From an uncultured Thermoplasmatales archaeon (GTDB taxonomy: Archaea; Thermoplasmatota; E2; DHVEG-1), in the NCBI GenBank assembly GCA_964406955.1, contig CAYOTP010000003.1, positions 1 through 52,748 of the forward strand: DNA of 52,748 bases, given 5' to 3'. Below are positions 8,068 through 18,127 of this stretch, one piece after another. How positions within the stretch are numbered: position 1 is the first letter of the stretch; every line of letters begins with the position of its first letter. The position numbers were made by a program, and so were the translations under genes. The notes beneath the pieces are model-generated. The model was not told the DNA's origin. It ran no database searches and worked only from the letters and a program-made list of their open reading frames with translations.

Positions 8068-9486
8068 ATGACAAAAAACTCAAAAACAATGCATAACCCC
8101 CTCACAGAAAAACATACTAAAGGGGTGAAAACCCTCCTCGGAGAACCAAAAAAAGCAGTTATAAAACTAGCAATACCAATGATTGTTGCTTTACTCATAC
8201 AAACCATTTATAATCTTGCTGATGCGCTCTGGGTCTCTGGCCTTGGCGCAGATGCACTTGCCGCAGTGGGATTTGTCTTTCCATTCTTTATGATGATCAT
8301 GGCCTTTGGAACCGGTATTGGTCTTGGTGCAGGATCGGCAATCTCAAGAAAAATAGGATCAAAAGATAAAGATGGTGCAGACAATGTTGCAGCACACTCC
8401 ATGGTATTACTTATCATCATTTCCCTATTATTCTCCATCCCAATGTTTCTTTTTTCCGAACCCATCTTTCAAGCATTGGGAACCGGTGAGACGTTGGATA
8501 TAACTGTTTCATACGCAAAAGTAATATTTATCGGAGCAGTTTTCATATTCTTTAGTAACATCGCCAATGCCCTCCTTCGAGGAGAAGGAGATGCAAAACG
8601 AGCAATGTATGCACTAGCACTAGGTTCAGGGCTAAACATCATACTTGACCCGATATTCATCTATACGTTAAATATGGGAGTTGCAGGTGCTGCATGGGCA
8701 ACCATCATCTCCTTTGCCATCACATCACTCTTACTTGGATACTGGTTATTCTTCAAAAAAGACACTTTTGTTGATTTCACCTTCAAACAATTCAAGTTCA
8801 AAAAACATATTATCAAAGACATCTTTGGAGTGGGAGTCCCCGCATCATTTTCTCAACTCTCCATGTCCCTTTCAATGCTCATCATTAACTTCCTCATTGT
8901 TTTCATCACGGGAGGAAATACAGATGGTGTTGCCATTTACTCAACCGGGTGGCGCGTCGCAATGATAGCAGTCTTACCTGTCATGGGCATTGCAACAGCA
9001 GTTATATCAGTAAGTGGAGCAGCATATGGAGCGAAAGCATACGAAAAAGTAAGCATATCGCATGTTTATTCTGTAAAAATAGGATTCATCTTCGAACTGG
9101 TCATCGCCATAGGTATCTTTATCTTCGCCCCCCAAATAGCTGCAGTTTTCACTAGAGCTGAAGCTGCAAGTCATCTTGAGCAAGGACTAACCTTGTTCTT
9201 TCGAGTTATGAGTTTATACTATCCTAGTATATCCCTTGGCATGCTTTCTTCGTCACTTTTTCAAGGGATTGGAAAGGGAATGAATGCATTTTTTGCTACT
9301 GTCCTACGCACACTAATCTTTACCTTACTGTTCATTCTTGTCTTTGCTATAACTCTAGAAGGTGGACTAGTTGGCATCTGGTGGGGAATAGTAGTTGCCA
9401 ATATCATAAGCTCTATCATTGTCTTCATCTGGGTTCGATTGCATGTAAAAAAACTGATGGAACTACCACTACCTTTAGGCGTTTGA
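8068..9486 (+). CDS. MATE-family multidrug/compound efflux transporter
   Basis: 472 aa and about 12 TM segments. N-terminal LAIPMIVALLIQTIYNLADALWVSGLG is typical of MATE. Begins 8 nt after marR. Confidence 0.85.
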   Translation: MTKNSKTMHNPLTEKHTKGVKTLLGEPKKAVIKLAIPMIVALLIQTIYNLADALWVSGLGADALAAVGFVFPFFMMIMAFGTGIGLGAGSAISRKIGSKDKDGADNVAAHSMVLLIIISLLFSIPMFLFSEPIFQALGTGETLDITVSYAKVIFIGAVFIFFSNIANALLRGEGDAKRAMYALALGSGLNIILDPIFIYTLNMGVAGAAWATIISFAITSLLLGYWLFFKKDTFVDFTFKQFKFKKHIIKDIFGVGVPASFSQLSMSLSMLIINFLIVFITGGNTDGVAIYSTGWRVAMIAVLPVMGIATAVISVSGAAYGAKAYEKVSISHVYSVKIGFIFELVIAIGIFIFAPQIAAVFTRAEAASHLEQGLTLFFRVMSLYYPSISLGMLSSSLFQGIGKGMNAFFATVLRTLIFTLLFILVFAITLEGGLVGIWWGIVVANIISSIIVFIWVRLHVKKLMELPLPLGV

Positions 9487-9620
9487 GAAAACTACCCGCC
9501 TCTATAACCCATGGTTTTCTTGCTCCATTTCTATAAAGAAATGATGAGTAACTAAAAAGGGAAAAGACCATCTTTCAAAACAAACAATGTTTTCATAAAT
9601 CAATCGCGTTTAATCCCTTA

Positions 9621-10037
9621 TTAAATATCAAATAATACCTGAACAACACAAGGATCACCTTGTTTTACTTCAAGCATGTGATAAGTTACTGCTTTAATCT
9701 CTGTTCCCACCTGATGTTTGTTCTTATCAAAGTTCTCTCCAGATACTATAGCAGATAGCGTGCAATCATGTTCATCAATGTTTACTTTAAACTCACCAAA
9801 TACAAGGTTTTTAGCTCCTTGCAAGAACAAAAGTTCATCCAACCAATCAACAAGAAGTTGTTCCAAGTCATCAGCAGATAAATCGATTTGATATTCTCCT
9901 TTACCTTCTATTTGTGAAGAATCGGTAATAATATCAAACATTCCCCGTGCAGCATGGGCAAAGGCTTCAGAAAGATCATTTCCAAATGCTTTAACTCCAA
10001 CATCAGCAGTATGCTCAATTAATTCGTACTCTTTCAT
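9621..10037 (-). CDS. archease (RtcB/tRNA-enzyme activator)
   Basis: YELIEHTADVGVKAFG N-terminus and ...KAVTYHMLEV... C-terminus, 138 aa. Confidence 0.85.
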   Translation of the reverse strand: MKEYELIEHTADVGVKAFGNDLSEAFAHAARGMFDIITDSSQIEGKGEYQIDLSADDLEQLLVDWLDELLFLQGAKNLVFGEFKVNIDEHDCTLSAIVSGENFDKNKHQVGTEIKAVTYHMLEVKQGDPCVVQVLFDI

Positions 10038-10798
10038 AACAATGCATCCCTTTGTTTCTTCTTACAAGAACAATATTTTTTGATAATCAGAGTCTTAATC
10101 ATTTGTTTTAAAATACTTGTTAAATACGATTCCTTTTCTTCATATATTTTTTTAATCTCATCAACTGGAAGTGACGTTTGTAATCCTGCAGCCATATTGC
10201 ATACTATGCATAATGACGCAAAGCAAAGACCTTTCTCCCGAGCCAAAACCACCTCAGGAACCAGAGTCATTCCCACAAGTTCTCCAAGGGTAGCGAAAAA
10301 CCTGATTTCACTAGCTGTTTCCAACCTTGGTCCTTCTGTTGTGACATATACTCCATTGGGATGAATCGTGATGTCTTTACTGTGTTTACTTGTGTCGATA
10401 AGCTGTTTACGAAGAGTAGGGCAAAACGGATCAGTCATATCCACATGAACTCGTTTGTCATCGAAAAATGATACGGATCGAGATCGAGTTGCATCAAAAA
10501 AATCATGGGGAACAACAAAATCACCTGCAACGATGTCTTTATTCATCGATCCTACCGTCCCAATGGAAAATAGACAGTCCACATGAGAAGAATCAAATGC
10601 TTGGATATTGGCCTTAAAGTTCACCTTATGCGGTGGAATATTTGCATTGATCCCATGCCGGTTCACAAAAAAAACCTGATGATCCCCAATCAATCCACTC
10701 AACATATGTACCGTGCCATACATGGTGTCAACAGTGATTTTTTCACTTTGTTCAAATAAACCATTGATTTGATGTCCACATAGAATACCTATCCTCAT
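10034..10798 (-). CDS. mtnP: S-methyl-5'-thioadenosine / purine nucleoside phosphorylase family protein
   Basis: FVNRHG...PPHKVNFKANI...GTVGS...TTEGPRLETASEIRFF...LVGMTLVPEVVLAREKG motifs. 4-nt overlap with archease. Confidence 0.75.
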   Translation of the reverse strand: MRIGILCGHQINGLFEQSEKITVDTMYGTVHMLSGLIGDHQVFFVNRHGINANIPPHKVNFKANIQAFDSSHVDCLFSIGTVGSMNKDIVAGDFVVPHDFFDATRSRSVSFFDDKRVHVDMTDPFCPTLRKQLIDTSKHSKDITIHPNGVYVTTEGPRLETASEIRFFATLGELVGMTLVPEVVLAREKGLCFASLCIVCNMAAGLQTSLPVDEIKKIYEEKESYLTSILKQMIKTLIIKKYCSCKKKQRDALL

Positions 10799-10872
10799 AA
10801 TTTCACCTAAGTATCAACTCGAATCTTAACCCATAAATGTTTATGTACTTATAGACATATCGAGGAACATCT

Positions 10873-11547
10873 ATGAAAGTAGCCTCGTTATTCTCAGGTG
10901 GAAAGGATTCAGTTTTTGCGCTCTATGTCGCAGAACAATACGGATGGGACGTAACTCAATTGGTTAGTATCTTTTCAGAAAACAAAGATTCTTGGATGTA
11001 TCATTCAGTCAACATTCATTTGACAAAAATACTTGCAAAAGCTCTTGATATTTCCCTACTTTTCAACACAACAAACGCAGAAAAAGAAGAAGAACTGAAA
11101 AGTCTGAAAGAATTATTATCAACGCTAGAAATCGATGGTGTGATCAGTGGCGCCATTGCCTCTGAATATCAGCGAACACGTATTGAGCGAGTATGTCATG
11201 ATCTTGGCATTAAATCATTTACTCCGCTATGGCATAAAGATCAAACCCTCCTTTTAAAAGATATGATACAATCAGGATTTAACATTAAAATCGTAGGTAT
11301 CTTTGCAGATGGTTTCGATGAGACCTGGTTAGGAAGAACGATTGATGAAGAAACCATTAATGAATTAGAACACCTTCATGAGACAAAGGGAATTAATATC
11401 GCTGGAGAAGGAGGTGAGTATGAGACTCTTGTTGTTGATGGTCCAAATTTTAAGAAGAAACTCGTACTGAATCAAACGGAAAAAAAATGGAAAAGAGACC
11501 ATGGTGTTCTCAATGTAATTCAGGCAAACCTTCAACAAAAAATATGA
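10873..11547 (+). CDS. diphthine-ammonia ligase-like ATP-binding (MJ0570/Dph6 N-domain) protein
   Basis: PP-loop LFSGGKDS, GAIASEYQRTRIERVC and GEGGEYETLV motifs. Confidence 0.75.
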   Translation: MKVASLFSGGKDSVFALYVAEQYGWDVTQLVSIFSENKDSWMYHSVNIHLTKILAKALDISLLFNTTNAEKEEELKSLKELLSTLEIDGVISGAIASEYQRTRIERVCHDLGIKSFTPLWHKDQTLLLKDMIQSGFNIKIVGIFADGFDETWLGRTIDEETINELEHLHETKGINIAGEGGEYETLVVDGPNFKKKLVLNQTEKKWKRDHGVLNVIQANLQQKI

Positions 11548-11557
11548 TAAGTGAGAT

Positions 11558-11917
11558 CTAGTACGTAAGATAATTCAAGGATTTCATTTGTTGAAGGAAT
11601 AAGAACAATCGTTGATCCATATTTTCTTTATCATCAAATTGTTCTCTCAACTTAGTTAGAATATCTTGAACTGAATGTTTTCCATCACAATGAATCCAAA
11701 CAAAAGAACCAAGTTCATCCATGTCAGCTGAAAATGTTTCTTTCTTTCTAAACAACCGACAAAATTTCTGTCCTATGTTACTATAAAACTTTGGGACCGT
11801 GATATGAACTAACCCCTCATCATCTGCCGTCCAATTATAGCCCCCACGCTTTGGAACATATGAAAGGAATTCCTCAACCGTGGGTGGTGCTGATCGTTCT
11901 TTTTTTCTATGCTTCAT
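11558..11917 (-). CDS. PqqD-like small protein
   Basis: The C-terminal half LGSFVWIHCDGKHSVQDILTKLREQF...RLFLFLQQMKSLNYL fits the PqqD winged-helix pattern. The start overlaps the OPT gene end by 11 nt. Confidence 0.5.
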   Translation of the reverse strand: MKHRKKERSAPPTVEEFLSYVPKRGGYNWTADDEGLVHITVPKFYSNIGQKFCRLFRKKETFSADMDELGSFVWIHCDGKHSVQDILTKLREQFDDKENMDQRLFLFLQQMKSLNYLTY

Positions 11918-13946
11918 CTGCCAACATTTCCCTCAGTGGAATGTAGAACAAGAGGATAGCGACAAATACCCAAAGCAATACGCCTGGAAGCATTGGTGCA
12001 AAATTAAAGACAGCTAGATCAATGCCACCGATAATAAGAAATGCGACAATCACTCCGGTTAATGCTTCTCCTGCTATTAATCCAGCAGTCAAAAGCAAAC
12101 CCGTCCTAATAATGTTTTCTTTCGGTTTCACATCAGTTTGTTTGATGGCCAGATCCCATTCACTGATCTGTTCTTCTTCAGCTGAACCAAATTTCTTTTC
12201 GATTTTTTTATCCGTGAAATATCGAACGACTCCACCAAAAAAGATGGGAATTGCAAGAGTAAACGGTAAATAAACCCCCATTGCCACAGGAAGAACAGGC
12301 ATATCAATTAAGATCAAAACAAATGCAAGTACCATTCCTGCAATGACAAATGGCCAAATCATTTCTCCTCCAAGTACCCCTTTTACGATACCGCTCATAA
12401 GAAACGCTTGAGGTGCTGGAAGATTCGTGCTTCCTATCGTATACGCTTGATCAAGAGCAGATACAACCAATGCTAAAATCGGTGCAGCTGCCAGAACACC
12501 GACAATCTTTGCTATTTCCTGACTTTTCGGTGTGGCCCCAATCATTTGACCGCAGGCAAGTGACTGGAGAACATCACCAGATATCGCGGCACCACAACAA
12601 ATCACTGCAGCAATAAGAATGGCTAATCCATATGCCTCGACATCTCCAGAAAAGCCAAATCCAAGGAGAATCAAGGAAGTAATCAATAAAACAGAAACCG
12701 TTACACCACTGATTGGATTATTACTTGATCCGAGAAGTCCAGCCATATATCCTGCAATGGCGCTGGCAATGAACGCAAAGAGAACGGCAAATATGGCCAT
12801 AATACCAGATACGATCCACTGATCTGAAATCCAGGCAAACACTAAGAACACAGGGATAGTTAATGCTCCAATGGCAAGAAAGACCCACTTGTATTCAATA
12901 TCCTGTTCAGTTCGCTTCTTTGCTTCCACTTGAGTACCCTTTAATCCGGCAATTGCTTCCTTTATACCTGATGAAAGATTACTTCGAAGGGTAAATATCG
13001 TCCATAACCCTCCGACCACCATAGCACCAACACCAATGTATCGAATGTAATTACCCCATATCTGATAAAAACCCCAAACAAGTGACCCAATATCAAAATT
13101 TCCGCCTCCGAAAGAAAGGGCATCTGTAATTTGAGAGGCAGTCGTCGGCGTTGGAAGACCTGTTGCAAGAGCAATCAATGGTGCAAGAATCACCCAGCCA
13201 ATGAGACCACCAACAAGTAAAAACGTTGCAATTTTTGGACCAATGATCCAACCAACCGCAAGTAATGCAGGTGATGTGGCAAAACCTCCATATAGTACAC
13301 CAGATTGTTCTCTACCACCGATCTCAAATTTTCCAATCTCAACGATTGAGTGTATCTGACTTGAAAAGATGTTTAATGCGGTTTGACCGAATTTTAAAAT
13401 CCCTGCGATAGAAACTCCAACAAGCAACCAAATGGCACCCATCGTTGAATTTTTTTTATTTGATCCGCTGCCGTCTCCTACAGTTGTAGTTAACACTGCT
13501 GCAACAGCAACACCTTCTGGAAAAGGTAAATCGGTTTTTGTAATCAATGCACGGCGTAATGGAATTACCCACATGACACCAACTAAGCCACCCAATGTAG
13601 CAATAATAGTGGTTTCAAGATACTGAATCTCAGTCCATGTTCCTAAAAGAACGATTGCAGGTATGGTAAAAATGACACCAGCAGCCAATGCTTCACCAGC
13701 AGCTGCACCAGCCATACCAAGATTCACTTCAAGGATGGTTCCTTTAAATGGTTTGAGAACGGCAAATGCCATGACCGCTCCAGGTATGACCGCTGAAACG
13801 GTCATTCCTGCATATAATCCAAGATATGCGTTAGCTGATCCTAAAATGATTGAAAGTAATGCACCAACCAGTAATGCTTTAATGGTGAGCTCCGGAATGT
13901 TCTTACTGGCAGGTATAAACGAATTAAAGTCTTCTCGAGATGACAT
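11907..13946 (-). CDS. OPT-family oligopeptide transporter
   Basis: 679 aa polytopic membrane protein. The N-terminal ELTIKALLVGALLSIILGSANAYLGLYAGMTVSA is characteristic of bacterial/archaeal OPT. Confidence 0.8.
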   Translation of the reverse strand: MSSREDFNSFIPASKNIPELTIKALLVGALLSIILGSANAYLGLYAGMTVSAVIPGAVMAFAVLKPFKGTILEVNLGMAGAAAGEALAAGVIFTIPAIVLLGTWTEIQYLETTIIATLGGLVGVMWVIPLRRALITKTDLPFPEGVAVAAVLTTTVGDGSGSNKKNSTMGAIWLLVGVSIAGILKFGQTALNIFSSQIHSIVEIGKFEIGGREQSGVLYGGFATSPALLAVGWIIGPKIATFLLVGGLIGWVILAPLIALATGLPTPTTASQITDALSFGGGNFDIGSLVWGFYQIWGNYIRYIGVGAMVVGGLWTIFTLRSNLSSGIKEAIAGLKGTQVEAKKRTEQDIEYKWVFLAIGALTIPVFLVFAWISDQWIVSGIMAIFAVLFAFIASAIAGYMAGLLGSSNNPISGVTVSVLLITSLILLGFGFSGDVEAYGLAILIAAVICCGAAISGDVLQSLACGQMIGATPKSQEIAKIVGVLAAAPILALVVSALDQAYTIGSTNLPAPQAFLMSGIVKGVLGGEMIWPFVIAGMVLAFVLILIDMPVLPVAMGVYLPFTLAIPIFFGGVVRYFTDKKIEKKFGSAEEEQISEWDLAIKQTDVKPKENIIRTGLLLTAGLIAGEALTGVIVAFLIIGGIDLAVFNFAPMLPGVLLWVFVAILLFYIPLREMLADEA

Positions 13947-14103
13947 CGTAAATTACCAATCTTAATAATATATTTCAATATTTATAAAACCATCGGTTTA
14001 AACTATCAAAACACCCAAGTATCTTGAAAGATCTTTATGAAAAATAACTAGCAACAATCGTTAATTATATTCATAAAAATTAAAATCTAAAGGAGAATAG
14101 ATT

Positions 14104-15354
14104 TCATATGTCCAGTGGATAACGTGTAATTGCTGCTATACCATTAAATGCTGAAACAAGTGAATCGCCTTCCTCGCTATTCTGAGAGATAATGAATATC
14201 TCGGCTCCTGTATTTTCCGCTAGCTCACTTAATTCATCAATAATATCGATTTTTTTGGATATTTCCATTTGCGTTGGAGTCTCACATTTCTTACAAACAG
14301 GTAATTCCAAACCTTCATCAAATTCATCGGCTTTAAACGTACTATACTCCTTGTAATCACAGCTTGGACAGGTCAGCTCAACTCGATATCGTCTTAAATC
14401 TTCTGCAAGAAGTAACTTGTCTACTGCACCCATCTCCAATGCTTTTCTGATTTGATTCTCACCATATAACGCTAAGCTTTTATCACCTCGAGTTATTTGC
14501 TTAAGAAATCGTTTCATCACTTGTTTTTCTTTAGCTATTTTCAGCTCCACCATGGTTTCAGATGCAGCAGATACAAGCTCTTTAAGACCATATTCATCAG
14601 TATATCCTGTATCAAACAAATCCACAATCATATTTTGAATTTCATGATGCAAATATTCCTCATCGATAAAATATCTCTTGGTAGGACCTGGCCCTCCGAC
14701 AAAAATCCCTTTGATATCCTTTTCATTGAGTAAAACCTCACTAGCCTTTTCACCACATTTCTGAAACCATTCATGAGCCGCAATCTCAGTTAACCGTTCA
14801 AATCGACGTTGAGATTGCCCTCCTTTCCCATGTTTTCCAGGTACCTGGGAGGTCATATATTTCAAGAGGTCAACTCGATTACCCCGAAGAATTCCCACGG
14901 TACATTCCCGCCGGTCCATCAGCAATAAACCATAAACCTCTTTTTCGGTTAACATTGATTCAATAGGATCAAGATGAAAATTCGAATCACAACGATACAG
15001 AAAAGTCTGAATTTCAAGTGGTGGTTCGATCACATAAGCAACCATCTCCGTCTGGTCACTACCGATACTTTTATGACCGACAAAAAACACCAGTCCGTTT
15101 TCTGGAAGTTGTTTGAATGTTTTTAATCGACTCAAAATTGATTCAATGGCCGACAAAACGTTTTTTCTTGTAGTCTTTGATTTAATATTCTGCGATTCTG
15201 AAAGTTCATTTTTTAAATATGATGTAACGTCAGAAATCTGTTTTGTCGGCGGTATATATAACGAAATAAGCTCAGTATGCTTTCCTTTGCAAGCTGCCAA
15301 TTCTTCCAACTGACGTTTCAAATCATATTTTTGACGCTGTGTCAACTCTACCAT
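14104..15354 (-). CDS. prf1: peptide chain release factor aRF1
   Basis: NIKS (SQNIKSK) and GGQ (GKGGQSQRRF) motifs, 416 aa. Confidence 0.9.
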   Translation of the reverse strand: MVELTQRQKYDLKRQLEELAACKGKHTELISLYIPPTKQISDVTSYLKNELSESQNIKSKTTRKNVLSAIESILSRLKTFKQLPENGLVFFVGHKSIGSDQTEMVAYVIEPPLEIQTFLYRCDSNFHLDPIESMLTEKEVYGLLLMDRRECTVGILRGNRVDLLKYMTSQVPGKHGKGGQSQRRFERLTEIAAHEWFQKCGEKASEVLLNEKDIKGIFVGGPGPTKRYFIDEEYLHHEIQNMIVDLFDTGYTDEYGLKELVSAASETMVELKIAKEKQVMKRFLKQITRGDKSLALYGENQIRKALEMGAVDKLLLAEDLRRYRVELTCPSCDYKEYSTFKADEFDEGLELPVCKKCETPTQMEISKKIDIIDELSELAENTGAEIFIISQNSEEGDSLVSAFNGIAAITRYPLDI

Positions 15355-15512
15355 TTATATACTCACCTTTCAACCAATTCATTGAGTCTTTGAATGTATT
15401 TATTAATTCCGTTTAGGCTAATTCATAGTAAATATCTCTACTCTCCGTGGATAATGACCTTTAGAATCAATCTATATCAGATAATCATAGTATCTTTGGA
15501 AAGGAGATCACA

Positions 15513-16754
15513 TCAAAGTGTTAATTGTTCACCATCTCGAGGAGTAAATATCGTAGCGAAATCCTGCAGAGGAGCTTTCAAAGCTTCACGAGCATCACTA
15601 TGCATTAATATAATTTTTTCTGGATTGCACTGTTTTGCAAATTCAATTAATTGGTCATGACCTGCGTGACCAGAAAAATCAAAATATTCCACCTCACAAG
15701 ATACTTTTTCCTTAACACCATAGAAATCAAGTCGTCCTTCATCAACTAATAATCGACTATTGGTACCCTCCACTTGATATCCAGTTAACAATACCGCATT
15801 TTTTGGATTATCCTTTAACTTGTTCATATAATGAAGAACGGGTCCACCATCCATCATCCCACTCGAGGTAATGATCACATCTGCATTGAGAGCGAGTTTA
15901 CGGCCATGATCTGAATGGACTAGATTCAGCTGATTTATTGCTTTTTTAAGTTCCTTAGCATCTCTTAGAAACTCAGAATGTCTTAGAAACATTTTTGAAA
16001 CTTTTCGCCCCATGCCATCATACCATATATTCAAACCCATCTTTCTAAGAATAATTGCAAGCTCTTGTGATCTGGAAACAGCAAAAGCAGGGAGAACGAC
16101 AACACCACCACGACCAACAACCTCTTCTATTTTATCTTTAAAATCTTTTTCAAGATCCTCTCTTGATTTTGGGTGATTCCTACCCCCATAGGTTCCTTCC
16201 ATGCATAACACATCACATTTTACCGGTTTGGTCTTTTTTACAAGATGTGTATCAATGGTATTGAAATCTCCGGTGAATAAAAACCGTTTTGATCCGACAA
16301 TCTCAGTCATTAGGGATCCTGGGATATGCCCTGCAGAATGAAAACGAACTATAATATCATCAATTACTTTTTTTTGTCCAGGTCTCACCGGTTGGACGTT
16401 ATGCTTTGCTCGTCTGATTTCTTCCATGCTATATGGTTGGGCATATCCTTCAAATTGAGCGATTTTAATTGAATCTTTATGTAAAAGGTTGCTGATTATT
16501 CCAGTTAATTCCGTAGTCATTATTGGAAATGAGTCCTGTTCACATAGCACCGGAACCATTCCAGAATGGTCAAGATGTGAATGTGAAAGAAACATGGCAT
16601 CCACTGGAGGAGCAGGCATTGGAACCTCCGGTGGTTTACTGGGAGTCATTCCATAATCAAAGAGAAATTGCTTTCCGTCTGTTTTTAGAAGCATTGCAAG
16701 ACTGCCAACTTTGCTACTGCCACCTAGAAAACGAATCTGTAAGTCATCATCCAT
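15513..16754 (-). CDS. beta-CASP / metallo-beta-lactamase-fold ribonuclease (aCPSF2-like, no KH domains)
   Basis: HSHLDHSG motif II, a later SAGH, and C-terminal SGHAG...LMH motifs. Confidence 0.8.
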   Translation of the reverse strand: MDDDLQIRFLGGSSKVGSLAMLLKTDGKQFLFDYGMTPSKPPEVPMPAPPVDAMFLSHSHLDHSGMVPVLCEQDSFPIMTTELTGIISNLLHKDSIKIAQFEGYAQPYSMEEIRRAKHNVQPVRPGQKKVIDDIIVRFHSAGHIPGSLMTEIVGSKRFLFTGDFNTIDTHLVKKTKPVKCDVLCMEGTYGGRNHPKSREDLEKDFKDKIEEVVGRGGVVVLPAFAVSRSQELAIILRKMGLNIWYDGMGRKVSKMFLRHSEFLRDAKELKKAINQLNLVHSDHGRKLALNADVIITSSGMMDGGPVLHYMNKLKDNPKNAVLLTGYQVEGTNSRLLVDEGRLDFYGVKEKVSCEVEYFDFSGHAGHDQLIEFAKQCNPEKIILMHSDAREALKAPLQDFATIFTPRDGEQLTL

Positions 16755-16789
16755 GAACGTATCACGCCGGGAAAGGAGGAGGAGGTAAA

Positions 16790-18127
16790 TTAATGTTTGG
16801 TACTTGATATTTGGTCATCTTTAAAGGCGTGAACAAATAATGTTGAACCGTCTTTCTTTTCAATTGTTACTTTCATGCCTGATGGGATCATCGAATCGGA
16901 TTTTGCATTCCAAAGTTCACCCTTAAAACGTACATAACCTGATTTATCAGGGCTAATGCGGTCAACGGTTACAGCAGTTTCACCAACAAAAAGTCCAATA
17001 GCATGTTTTTTATTCCTTACCTTTAGTATTTTATACAATAAAAAAACAAAAAATCCTGCAAATAATCCAACAAGAACCAATAGAATTATGATTATCGTAT
17101 CTATCCAAGCCGTATTTATCACCCACTCACGTGTTGCATATGTTGGAACAAGAAACACAGCTCCAATAAATAAAGATATCACTCCTCCAATACCCACTAC
17201 ACCGAATCCAGGTATGACAAAAAACTCCAGAAGAAGAAGAACGCTACCCACCGCTAGGAAAAGAAGGCTAATTTCAGAAATCGCAAAACCAGAACCTGCT
17301 AAAGACAAAATTATTGCAATAACGCCAAAGACTTCTGCACCAAATCCGGGAGCAGAGATGCCAAAGATTATTGCAAAAATGCCAATCATCAATAAGGTGG
17401 AAGTTAACAAAGGATTTGAAATAAAACGTAAAAACTGTATCTGCAATGGAACAGAATACATTAAGATAGTTGTATCCGATAATGAAAGAGTAACATTCTC
17501 ACCCTTTATTTGTATAGTTCTTCCATCTAGTTGTTGCAGGAGAGATTCGACACTATCCGCAACGTGTTCGATCATGCCAAAACGTAACGCGTCAGTTGCA
17601 TTCACATTGCGATTTTTGGTAACAAATTCCTTAGCAAGGGTCGCATTCCGACCATATAAATTTGCCCGCTCTTGAATCCAGCTAACCAAAGCATTAATCG
17701 TTTTTGTATCATTAATCGGTTTCGTCCCAGTTGCCGTAACCTGAACCGGTTGACAAGACCCAATCACACTATAACTTGCCATAGCTGAAACATGGGTGCT
17801 AACTAGGATAAAAGTTCCTGCAGACCAAGATGCAGCACCTGTTGGATAGACATAACCAACAAAAGGGATATTACTACCTAAAATAAGTTTTGATATCCGC
17901 GTCGTCTGATCCAATCCTCCACCAGGAGTTTCCAAAAGCAAAATAATTGCCTCAGCATCCTCCCGCTCAGCCAGCTGAATTGAATCTTTTATAATCTCAA
18001 CAGTTGATTCGTCAATAACGCCGGTTATCTCAACGATAACAACCACATCATCAGATGTGCCCTGAACAATAGGTTGTAAAAAAATAATGAAAAAAAGAAA
18101 GAAAAATATAATTGGCGCCTTACTCAT
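16790..18127 (-). CDS. NfeD-family membrane serine protease (ClpP-class, stomatin-processing type)
   Basis: Signal/TM, then a ClpP-like domain (ETPGG...SAGTFI), multiple TM segments, and a C-terminal OB-like NfeD domain (GYVRFKGELWNAKS). 4-nt overlap with the stomatin gene. Confidence 0.8.
   Translation of the reverse strand: MSKAPIIFFFLFFIIFLQPIVQGTSDDVVVIVEITGVIDESTVEIIKDSIQLAEREDAEAIILLLETPGGGLDQTTRISKLILGSNIPFVGYVYPTGAASWSAGTFILVSTHVSAMASYSVIGSCQPVQVTATGTKPINDTKTINALVSWIQERANLYGRNATLAKEFVTKNRNVNATDALRFGMIEHVADSVESLLQQLDGRTIQIKGENVTLSLSDTTILMYSVPLQIQFLRFISNPLLTSTLLMIGIFAIIFGISAPGFGAEVFGVIAIILSLAGSGFAISEISLLFLAVGSVLLLLEFFVIPGFGVVGIGGVISLFIGAVFLVPTYATREWVINTAWIDTIIIILLVLVGLFAGFFVFLLYKILKVRNKKHAIGLFVGETAVTVDRISPDKSGYVRFKGELWNAKSDSMIPSGMKVTIEKKDGSTLFVHAFKDDQISSTKH

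Noticed and set aside
8208-9155. Several 60-95-codon ORFs in other frames and strands inside the MATE gene
   Set aside because: These are shadow ORFs caused by the G/A/L/V-rich codon content of a polytopic membrane protein. The MATE frame is continuous and motif-supported.
9526-9547. CATTTCT-ATAA-AGAAATG hairpin overlapping an ATGATGA (C-box-like) sequence between convergent genes; considered as a C/D-box sRNA
   Set aside because: No CTGA D box or C'/D' elements lie at an appropriate distance on either strand. It is more likely an incidental hairpin in a convergent terminator region.
12022-13965. Cluster of 64-100-codon ORFs overlapping the OPT transporter gene
   Set aside because: Same explanation: alternative-frame ORFs inside a long, well-supported membrane-protein CDS.
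14263-14370. CxxC...CxxC zinc-ribbon-like insertion (CPSCDY...CKKCETP) in the C-domain of aRF1
   Set aside because: It lies at the position of the variable minidomain of e/aRF1 C-domains. I cannot judge from memory whether it is lineage-typical, so I do not claim it as unusual.
16956-17675. 239-codon ORF on the plus strand
   Set aside because: It lies entirely antisense to the NfeD gene. The translation is low-complexity (P/T/K/R/I-rich) with no motif. It is a typical shadow ORF of a membrane-protein gene.
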